DNA of 64,000 nucleotides from Rhynchopus sp. YZ270_cl-10 (Eukaryota): assembly GCA_964035575.1 (NCBI GenBank), contig OZ037845.1, positions 806,001-870,000 of the forward strand. The letters are read 5' to 3'. The position numbers were made by a program, and so were the translations under genes. The stretch's first letter is position 1; every line of letters begins with the position of its first letter. Below, one piece after another: positions 54,303 through 64,000 of the stretch. Below the pieces are notes generated by a model. The model had not been told where the DNA came from, ran no database searches, and worked only from the letters and a program-made list of their open reading frames with translations.

Positions 54303-56304
54303 CTATGGAGTTTCGGGCTTGTCTGAGAGGAGATCGCCTTCGGGGTTTGTCACTGCTTCTGCTTCTGCTTCTGCCGCTGCGTGATTCTCTTCCATGACGT
54401 CTTTCATATGACCAAAGCGGTTTTCGAAGGTGTCGAGCTCGTCTCTTCTTCTGTCGACCTGCGGCTTCCACCCGACGTATACTTCCTTCTGCACGGCTTC
54501 TCCCTGGTCGATCTCCATCTTCTCGCGCATTGCCGCCTCCGTCTCCAAAGCGTCCTGGATGTATTCCAAAGGCTTCATCCTGAAGGTGGAAGACAGCTTG
54601 AATTGGGCCTTCTTCTTTCCGGTCTGCTTCGCTCTGATGGAGAGCGCAGCCTGCTCGAAACGGAGACGGATCTGTTTGGAGATCTCCAGCTTCGTTCCCG
54701 ACTGTGTAGTTCGCGTCCAACGGTCGTAGAGCGACTCTGTGTCCATCGGGCGTCTGTCATGCTTCAACTGGAATCTCGCCCCTCGCCTGATCTCTCTGTA
54801 CAATTCCTGATCCGCCGTAAAGTCCGGCATCTTCCCCGGTGCTGGTCTGCTCTCCGCCCGCATCCGTGCCACCTCCTCCATCAACCACGGTTCCTCTGTC
54901 TCCACACGTTGCATAACCTTCTCCAAAGCAAGCTGATAAGTGTAGTACTGAAACTCCTTCTTCTCTGCCGCAAGGTTATCCCGGAGTTTTTTATCCTTGG
55001 TGTGCAGTCTGAGAAGAGTTGAAGGGTGAAGGGTTGTAGTGAAGTTAGTGTTTGAGGATGAGAGAAAAATGTGGGAATGATAGCATACCCTTCCAACTCG
55101 CCCACAAACCAATTTTCGAGCGATTTCAGCTTGACGAGAGCCATTTGGTTCATCTCTCCAGAGATGGTTGCTGTAGGGGTTGTTTGTGGTAGAAATAGTT
55201 AAAAAGTACACAATAGATCTGAGAGGGAGGAGAAAGAAGTCATACAATCCTCGAGAGTAATCTGCTGTGCGGCCTCGGTTGAGGTGTCCTTCGCACCGTC
55301 TGATGCGCCTGGTTCGTTTTCGGATGCCTCGGAAGCTGTATATGGGTGAATTGTATTACAGTCAAGCTGATAGCTAAATCGTTTAACATTAAGCCCAGGA
55401 CACTCTGGATGCAGGGGACCTGGACGATGCTAAAGTGGACCAGAACACGAACACGGACCTTGCACCTACAGTGCATTGACAAAGGAGACAGGGGCTGTCC
55501 ACGCTGTGCGATGGAGTGGAGCACCCATGCAACGAATTTTCACTTAAAACCGCCTGAAATAAAAGTATTGACTATGGGCAATCTAGAGATGCTGCAGAAT
55601 TAAACGCAGAAGGTCTGCGGCACATCCCGACCTGGTGTTGCTTTAACATACCTTTGGGAGGGAGGGGCAGGATCACTCCAGTTGCCTTGCTCACTCTGGT
55701 CCGTTCCACTTCGCCGGTAACGGGGTGTTCCAATTCCATCCATTCGATGTCAACAGGCTGGTCGAGCTGTGGGTCGATCACCCTTATCTCATGGGCGCCC
55801 ATCCAGTCGGGGACGTAGTTAGGCAGAGATTGACCAGTTGCAGGGTCCCTGCCTTCTTGGTTTATCATTCGCGCACCAGTGACCTTGACTTTATTCGCTG
55901 AGTAGAAGATATCGGTGATGGTGCCACGGTGGCCTTTGTCCTTTCCTTCGGTCACTTCGACGATGTCTCCAATGAATAATTTCCATTTACTCTGAAAGGT
56001 ATTATATATGAAGAGAGAGAGAGAGAGAGGGGGCATGTCATACCTTGTCCACGCGAGGCGCATCAGGACTGTCCTGCCATCTGTGCTGCATGATCTGCCG
56101 GTACATGGTGGAGGTGAGTCCACGTCGTTCCCAGATTCGGTCCTCGTCTATAATTTCACCGGCATAGTAGTTGTCGTACGCCTTTCTGTGGACCAGGTAC
56201 CGCCAATGTGTGTCGGGTGCGGCCTTTCCTACCCATCCCTCCTGAAACCGTCGCTGGCTGGTCACCGCCGATCGTTTTGTTGTGTTTGTAACGCTGGGTA
56301 TCAT
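54303..56304 (-). CDS. Mitochondrial ribosomal protein uL24m, 5 exons (56304-56044, 55991-55652, 55335-55246, 55170-55089, 55008-54303)
   Basis: KOW motif KWKLFIGDIVEVTEGKDKGHRG, plus RVSKATGVILPLP and DGAKDT. Four GTATG..AG introns give a continuous frame. Confidence 0.85.
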
Positions 56305-57102
56305 CGTGTGTACCTATTCCTGTTGATTTATGTTTTTTTGGGGGCGGGGGGCCAATGGGGTTAGAGCTCAGAAGAGGGGAGTGTGGGAACCTTTTTTAAA
56401 GAATGTGTCGTGAAAGAGGTTCGCAAGAGACGTCAGGGGTTTGATATATTTCCCGAAGGGAACGAAAGGAAGGAAGGGAAGGAAGCGGGAATGAGACAAA
56501 AAATAAGAATTTTTTTTTTGGATGGAAGTGTGTGTCTCGGTGTACAGTTGGGGGGGGGGGGGAAGGGTGGCTTCTGATGCTGCACCTCTGATGGCAGACA
56601 CTGAAAAGAGAAATGGCTGTGCAAAACGCAAGGATCCCGGCGGATGCACTGCTTTCTCCTGACAGGAAAAAATTCTCCCATTTTTTGATCCTGCAACGAA
56701 TCGAGTAGTTGCACAAACGGAGGGTGAAAAAAGAAAAGTTGGTCAGATGATCCTAAACTTGGTGCGTTCAGGATGTCACACATAAACCTACTTTAGTCAC
56801 CAAAAAAAAATGTAAAAATGTGTGTCTTGTGAACCTTCCTCCAAAGTGGTTGAAAAACCACAAAAAATACGCCTTCCTTTGCTCCTTCGGGTTCGTAGAG
56901 CACGGACAGTTCACTGTGTCAAAAAAGACGCAGGAAAAACGCTGAACAATAGTGTAAACGCCTGGGACGCTTTGTGGGAGGGGAAAAGACTGGTACGTTT
57001 AAAAAATTGACACACCTCGTCTCAAGAGGGTTGATTGGGAAAGAGAATAAGACATCTGGCCTGTCTCCTTTTGGGTCCCTCTATTGTAATACAAATTGAG
57101 AG

Positions 57103-57914
57103 CAGGCTTCGCGCTAACTTTTGGAAAAAAATCTGAAAAATCGTGTTCCGGGCCCAAAAAAACGCACCTCAAACAGTTGTGCATCAGGGGGTGAAAAAAC
57201 AGTGTTTTGTGGCATTTCCGAGCTAATCCCGCGCTGTGATGGGGCATATTCGGAAAAATGGACAAAATTTTAGTGACTCAAATTTTCACAAAATATGAAC
57301 CCATACCCCTAAAACAAGGGCATTTTCAGTCTGAAAACCCAACTTCAGATGAAATTGTGGCGTTTTTGACTGGGAACAGGTAGCGCCGCAGGCGCACGGT
57401 ATCCAACTTCTTTCTTTTTCTTTTTCGCTGCTTTCCTTTGATTGCGCGAGCCGATTGCTCTCCACGGTGGGGTCACATGTGTGTGCAAAAACACTCTAAG
57501 GTACCCTTTCTCTGAACTATGAGATTCCTCTGGTTTTAGTAAAGAAACCCCGGTCTCAAAAAGTGCGTAAATTTCCTTTTCTGCCCAAGACGTCGTGTTG
57601 TTGCATTTCTGAGCCAATTCCGGCTTGTGGTGGGGGATATTCGAAAAAATGGACAAAATTTCAGTGACTTAAATTTTCGCAAAATATGAACCCATACCGT
57701 AAACAAGGGTCATTTTCAGTCTGAAAACCCAACTTGGCATGAAATTGTGGTGTTTTGACTGGAAACACCAATGTACTGAAGAAGCTATGGAGTTTCTGTG
57801 ACCACAGAGAAGAGTGAGAACAAAAACCAGGACGGTTATGGCCTCGGAGGGGGTGCCGCCCACAAAAATATCCGAAAATCCCGGGCCAAGGGCCAAAAAT
57901 TAGCGCAAAGCCTG
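57103..57914. mobile_element. Non-autonomous hAT-like element (812 bp)
   Basis: 22-bp TIR CAGGCTT[CT]GCGCTAA[CT]TTTTGG, 8-bp TSD ATTGAGAG, and an internal ~170-bp direct repeat. Confidence 0.88.
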
Positions 57915-58024
57915 ATTGAGAGTGTGTTTTTTTTTTTTTTTTTTGAAAGGGCTTGGAAAAGCCTTCACATATTTTCCTCCCTCCTTACCCCATTTACCTC
58001 TTTATTTTGCCCCCTTTTCTCCGC

Positions 58025-60751
58025 TCATTCTCGTATTGATTCTCGCATTGATTCTCGGATGGTCTTTTCAAGACATCGTTCGACGGTTGTTGAGGAGGCT
58101 GATATTCGATGTCGTGTTGATATTGACGCACCCTGCGAAGCTACGGGTGAGGTTGCTGGCGACGCCATGAGCGCCACGGGGGCGGTGCTGGTTGGGGAAG
58201 GGATGGATGTCAGGTCTATTGCCGGGCTGCGGTGCTCTTCACGCTTCAGGCTTAACGATGCGGCCATTAGAGATCGCGTTGTGGTGGTGGTGGCGGCGGT
58301 CGCATTCATCATCATGCTACTATTCATCCTCTTTGGGCTGGTTCGAGAGCTCAAACTTCCGTACGAAGCTACCTTCGCAACACTCCGTCGTGTTGTACTG
58401 CTCTTCAACGTAGCGCTGCTGTTGGTTGGCGAAGGTGTCAGATCGTCAGGGATACTGCCGCACACCTCCAAGCTCCGTACCGACCGGCTTACCTTCAGAG
58501 GATATCGTTGTAAGGATAAACTCTGCGGCGTGCTCAACACAGACATCGCACCGCTCGGAGAAGTCTGCGATCCCGTAGGAGAGTCCTGTCCGAACAAAAA
58601 GCTGCCTGGTAATATGGCATCGCCCTCCAAAAGATGGCTAGGTCGTTTGATGGATTGCTGTGCCTCTGGCTCCCAAATGTCGGTGACATGAGTCTCTCGT
58701 TTAAAGTGGATTCGGGATGACTGCAGCTGATCCGTCACCTCCGTGTCAGTGAGGGAAAATGAAAGTCTAGCTCGACTTTGCACATTCTTCTGCACGACCT
58801 CCCCTAGCTTGGGGTACTGCAGGGCGCATTGTATGAAGGCCGCCTTTTTGAGGACAAAGAGCACCACTGAAGATGAGGTGACGACTTGGACTGCACGGGT
58901 CACGTTTGCTATGAGCGCGTTTTCTCCAAAGTGCATGCCGCGCTTGAGCACTTCGATGACTTTGCCTTCGCGGGAGAGCACGTCGAGGGAGCCACTTTGG
59001 ATGAAGAGCGCTTCTTGGCCTTCGTCGCCTATGCCCACGATCTGGATGCCTTTGAGGAAGACCTTGGGCACGAGCGTGGACATGAGGAGTGTGAGCACGT
59101 CGTGGGGGAGGCCTTCAAAGAGGCCCACGTCTTCGAACATCTTCGCCGCCATCTGGTGGTTCACCTTCGTGGTGAGTGCGTCGGGCAGGTCGTCCAGCAG
59201 TGACGTGTTGCCTACAGATCCCGCCACGTTGTACACATAGCGGTAGTACATCTTGCACTCCTCTTTGATGTTGGCAGGCATGTTCATTGCGTTCAGCGTG
59301 TCAGTCAGTTCGTCGATTTTGCGTGTCAGCCGTGCCCGCGCTGAGTTTGAGGAGCGGTCGGTGATGTAAGTAGTGACAGTACCCAGCAGCATAGCATAAG
59401 TTACAATCCCACAAACCGCAATCGCAAGAAGCAGCAAAATCTGGTCGTCCTGGTCCGGATAATGCCCGACTGTCCCAAACCCGCAGAGGTGCTTCAAAGA
59501 AAAGTCGAGCCCGTTTAAATAAAAGTGGAAATTCGACCGCTGCTCGCGTTCGTACAAGCTGGTTGCAACCATAAGAGACCGTGGGAAGACCTCTGTCACC
59601 GACACCGGGACTGTTATCGTCTGCCCTGCGAGGGAAGGGTGCACTGCGTACACTGGGTTGACATACAGATACTGGCTGTTGGAGGGGTTGCTGAGGCAGT
59701 AGAACCAACCACAGGAGCCGAGGTGCATCAGCGAGAACATGACCAGCACGTTCTGCACCAACCTCGTCACAATAGGCGACACCTGCGTCTTGCGAGACAA
59801 ACGTGTCACAATCACATCAAAATCACTGTTCAACGAAAACATCCCAAACACCCTCATAATCCTTGGCCACGGATTCCCCTGTAATAGCGCCCACGAAATC
59901 ACCGACAACGGAAACACTCTGCAGAAGAGAACAAGCTGCCGGAACGTCATCCTTCGCTTCTCAGACCCCAACTCACCTTCTTCTATTTTGGTGATATGCC
60001 GCTGGGTCGCGTATTCAAAGACTTTGACGCAGATGTGAAGACAGTCTATGAGGATCTCATAAACAAGCCATGGGGAGGAGGAGGGGAAGGCAAAGGAGAT
60101 ACGGAAGGTTGACAGCACGAAGTCGAGGAACACAAGGATAATCGTCAGAAGCGTCAGCCAGAAGTGCACCTCCTTTACGGCACGGAACATCTTTGTTTCC
60201 GTAAAACTGAACATCGGGGGGTCCTCATACCCTGTCAACATTGACTGCGCACAGCTGTCCCCTGCCTCCTTCGGTTCAAGCAGACGACCCGACCCCCCCT
60301 CCCCTGCCCCACTCCCATTAGCTAAATACAACGAATTTGCCCCTTGCAACCCTTGCAACAGATCCGGCTCTGACTGCCTCATATGAATCTGCGCACCGCC
60401 CTGCGCGTTGAAACATGCTATCGAATTCTTCTGCCGCGTCCGCACCGAAGGAACCCTCCGTATCCCATGAACAGGGGAATACTCGCCAGAAAACTGCACC
60501 TCACTCATCGAGTCTGTATACTCCAACCCATCCAGCACGGGGTGCATCATCAAAGACTCTTGTTTGATAAAAGCATTCGGAAACCACGACTTCTGACCCT
60601 TAGGAGGAGCGGTCTCGCAAGCGAGATCGTACAGACGGCCCTGTCTTGCTGCAAGAGGTACGTCTCCAATAGGAATCGAAGGAGGCGAGTCCGAGGCGTT
60701 GTCCTGCCCAGGGGAATATTTCTGCTGCATCTCCGTCATCTCGTCAGGCAT
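58025..60751 (-). CDS. Cyclic-nucleotide-binding ion channel (CNG/HCN/KCNH-like)
   Basis: TM segments including HLGSCGW, a pore region, a C-linker (LDDLPDALTTKV) and a cNMP-binding domain (GMHFGENALIANVTRAVQV). The start could instead be the upstream ATG at 60799. Confidence 0.88.
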   Translation of the reverse strand: MPDEMTEMQQKYSPGQDNASDSPPSIPIGDVPLAARQGRLYDLACETAPPKGQKSWFPNAFIKQESLMMHPVLDGLEYTDSMSEVQFSGEYSPVHGIRRVPSVRTRQKNSIACFNAQGGAQIHMRQSEPDLLQGLQGANSLYLANGSGAGEGGSGRLLEPKEAGDSCAQSMLTGYEDPPMFSFTETKMFRAVKEVHFWLTLLTIILVFLDFVLSTFRISFAFPSSSPWLVYEILIDCLHICVKVFEYATQRHITKIEEGELGSEKRRMTFRQLVLFCRVFPLSVISWALLQGNPWPRIMRVFGMFSLNSDFDVIVTRLSRKTQVSPIVTRLVQNVLVMFSLMHLGSCGWFYCLSNPSNSQYLYVNPVYAVHPSLAGQTITVPVSVTEVFPRSLMVATSLYEREQRSNFHFYLNGLDFSLKHLCGFGTVGHYPDQDDQILLLLAIAVCGIVTYAMLLGTVTTYITDRSSNSARARLTRKIDELTDTLNAMNMPANIKEECKMYYRYVYNVAGSVGNTSLLDDLPDALTTKVNHQMAAKMFEDVGLFEGLPHDVLTLLMSTLVPKVFLKGIQIVGIGDEGQEALFIQSGSLDVLSREGKVIEVLKRGMHFGENALIANVTRAVQVVTSSSVVLFVLKKAAFIQCALQYPKLGEVVQKNVQSRARLSFSLTDTEVTDQLQSSRIHFKRETHVTDIWEPEAQQSIKRPSHLLEGDAILPGSFLFGQDSPTGSQTSPSGAMSVLSTPQSLSLQRYPLKVSRSVRSLEVCGSIPDDLTPSPTNSSATLKSSTTRRSVAKVASYGSLSSRTSPKRMNSSMMMNATAATTTTTRSLMAASLSLKREEHRSPAIDLTSIPSPTSTAPVALMASPATSPVASQGASISTRHRISASSTTVERCLEKTIRESMRESIRE

Positions 60752-63700
60752 AGGGGGAAAAGAAAAAAGAAAGGTTGCAAGTAAGTTGGGATCACCCAAA
60801 ACTCATAAAACATCCCATTGTAAATGTGTCAAAAGGGTTTGTGCAAAAAAAAAAAAAAAAAAAAAAAGAAAAAAAAGAAAAAAAAGGGGGGACCAAAGAA
60901 ATGCACAAGAATATTGTCTGTGAGAGGGGGTTGTGGAGTTGAGAGAAAGAAGTGAAAAAAGCGGGGGTGGAGCGGGGGAGAGAGGAGGTATTCTTTTATG
61001 AAAGGAAGTTGCTAGTTTTTTGTTTTTTGTTTTTTGGTGAAGGTGGGGAAATCTTTAGAGGTGTGTGTGTGTTTTGAGGGGGGTTACCTATCTCAAAGGG
61101 CAGACAATTTTTTGGAAAATCGCAATTTGAACTGTGCCCAAAAAGAAAAAAGAAAAGTTGTAAGATGCATGTGCCTCTCGTGCACACATCTCAAAAGGGG
61201 AAAAAAACAGTGCAGCAAAGTTAGGTAATGTTACTGACACAACGCAAAAGAATGGTAAGTGTTGATGCAGGCACCTCCGACTGACCCACATACGATGCCA
61301 GCCATCCAAGGCCAACAACATCTGTTGAAGGTAAGGTAAAAAAGGAAACCTAATGGCTTGCCCGCACCGTGGTGTGAACGGGGACGGTACACAACCGCTC
61401 GTCGGCCGGCGGCCTACCTTCCGCTGAAGAGTTTGGAAGCTTACAGGTACTCTCCCGTTCGCTGCACCCAACGCTTACTGCACGATAGTCGAGACAAGAG
61501 CATGGGGATCACGACATCTCTCTTGGTGTCCCATGCTGTAATAGACAATGGGGCCTCACCTTCTCTGAGGGATTTACATGGACGTCCTTACAGGCGGCAC
61601 CCAGAACACCAAGGTGTGGCAGAGCAAGCTCTGGCCTGACTGTTAAAAAAAAGAAAACACACACAAATCGAACAACTTCTAGATCGCCACACGGCGCTCT
61701 TGTTAGGTAACGTAACCCACCCACCCCAGCTTCCGTGAGAAATACCACTTGGTTACCCTTCGTTATCGCAATGCAAACCCGGGACACTGTCCTGCACAGT
61801 GTTGTTTTACTATTACCAATACAATTCATTACAAAAGTCAGGGGGAAAAACCCCCCCCGACAAGGGCAAGAAATCCAAAAGGAAACCTTCTTTTCTTCTT
61901 TTAGAGGATTTTTTTTTTTGGCAGCTTTTCCTTTTGTTCCAGTTCCGATTCCTGTTCCTCTTGTGCAGTGGTTACAGGAAGTGGCGTATGGTAGGTATGG
62001 ATAGGTCACCACACCACACATTCTGCAAATGTACAATAAGAAAGAAGTCGACACCATGCAAAAAATGCAGCTGAAGCAAAACAAAAAAATGGAAAAAAAA
62101 AGAGGGGAAAAAAAAAAAAACAGAGAAGTTGCCGACTTCCAAAGCCAGCTTTTTCCCCGTACCACACAACGGTGAAGTAAAACCATAAGTCAGGTCATTT
62201 ACTTCACGCCGTGCACCAGAGATGAACCTCTTCTCTCCCCCAATAACACCTCCTTTTTTTGGACCATCTGTTGGTAGTGAAGCTCCCATGCAGACTCCGC
62301 TGTCACATTATTTTTTCTCTTCCAACCTGCCAACCGGACAACACAAAGCATACAACAACCTCCTATAGCACAACAAAAAGAAGAAAAAAAACCCTCTGAC
62401 TTGACAGTACAAAGCCCGCTCATGGCATTGTACCTAGGTGGACCCCCCAACCATGCAGTCAAAACGAATTTCATAAAACAAAACAAAAAAATCTTGGAAG
62501 TGCTTGGGCAATGTTCCTAAAGAAAGACCTACAGTACCGTACCCACCCAGAGGTAACATCATTACTCCAAAAGACCCCTATTAGAGGGTCAGCGGCCTGG
62601 TGCGATATCAGTTATCCGTGTATGGGTAGTGATAGGGTTCTATGGGACACACACATGCACCCAAATGAGAGGTGTAAGGAAAAAGTGGTGATTTGACACA
62701 AAAAGAAAAAAGAAAAAAAGGTTGGAGCAAACGTCCTCTAAAGTGTAGTGTGGTAAGATGGTCCCCAGCCTCGTGGTTAACCCGTTTTTTCAACCAATAA
62801 AAAAAAATGGAAATGAAATGCAAGACCTCCCTGCTGTGGTCACATTTTGAACAAGTGACCACATCTGCACATATTTTGCAAGATAAAAAGGTAGGGAAAA
62901 AAAGAGAAGGGCCGGCGAACCTCGCTGAGCTACCTTCTGGAGAACAAAAAAAAAAAGGCAAGCTTTCATATAAATACTGCAAAAAGAAGAAAAAAACAAC
63001 AACATAACGGATAGTATGTACGCTGGTGTGGCAGGGCGCTCACGATATTTTTTAAAAAAGGATAAATTTCTTCATCATAAGAACAGAAATGATGAACAAC
63101 GAGAGACACAAAAAAACACCGCCAAGCGTAAGGCAGTATAGAGACTTTTTGTTCTTGCACCATTCAGTACAAAACAAAACCATAAAAAAATAAAGTAGAG
63201 TTGAAATACAAAACCCTCTCGTGACAGTGTACCTTGGTACATGACCAAGGTACACCAAAAATACTGACACACAAGCCCTGAGCGTAGCAATAGTTCTGGA
63301 CTTTTTCTCACATACTCTGGAACAGCTCACTACAGTGCTAAAAAAATGAAGAGCTTTTTTTACCAAAACAAAACAAAAAAAATGGAAAAAACTTGAGTTG
63401 AAAGAAAACTTGAGAGATTATATCCGAATTGAAAAAAAAAAACCCCGCCTATAAACACACCCAACGAAAAAAAAAGGTATTTTTTCTTTTAGATGAACCT
63501 AATCTTTGCTTAGGTCATCTTAATAAAACAGGGGGACAGGAAGCACAATGGCTTCTGCTCTATTTCCCCCCCCCCCCCCACCCAAAAACTCAACTTCTCC
63601 CCCCCACCACAATCTCCAAGAGGCCATTCCCCTTTCCCTTTCCCTCTCTCCCTATACCCTTTCAACCGTTCTCTATCGGCTTCTTTACCCTTTTTCCCCA

Positions 63701-64000
63701 TTGCTACGTTACCAGCTTATGTACCGGCAGTCACCTATCTGCAGGCTGTCTTATACCAACAATCACATCAATACATCTGATTTTTGCCTGAAATTTGGTG
63801 GAGTTTGGTTGATATTTAAACCCCACCAAACCCCACAAAAAAATCATGCAAAATCAGGTGGTCAATAAACGATATATTGTCGGTGGGGGGTGATTTTTCA
63901 TTTAATTTTATGCTATCATAGCCCCGGTTGTTCGCTTAATTCGTTTTGCGAGGAGATCTGCGCATTTTAGTGCGGTTTTTTTGTGAGTGGAGTGTGCCAC

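Overview
Eukaryotic nuclear DNA, most likely a euglenozoan and probably a diplonemid. This is inferred from three things: every host gene lies on the minus strand, short GT-AG introns use a GTATG donor, and the adenylate cyclase, mitoribosomal proteins and rRNA guide variants look euglenozoan. The window has five parts. (1) A duplicated cluster (about 2-15 kb and 32-41 kb) of four sigma-like GSTs, two theta-like GSTs, two secreted pacifastin-like repeat proteins and an imine-reductase-like gene. It is interleaved with a snoRNA cluster invisible in the ORF track: seven box C/D families in 18 copies plus single-hairpin AGA-box candidates. (2) An apparently intact 4.7-kb tyrosine-recombinase retrotransposon (gag-YR-RT/RNaseH, split direct repeats, VIPER/TATE-like) inserted cleanly into a (CCTTCA)n tract, with three overlapping frames and a candidate -1 frameshift site. 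(3) Six non-autonomous TIR elements with target-site duplications. (4) Housekeeping genes: the 5' end of a myosin-like gene, adenylate cyclase, HOP2-like, mL41, an AGC kinase, uL24m and a cNMP-binding ion channel. (5) Several families of short, strand-biased dispersed repeats. All assignments come from reading motifs by eye; no database searches were run.
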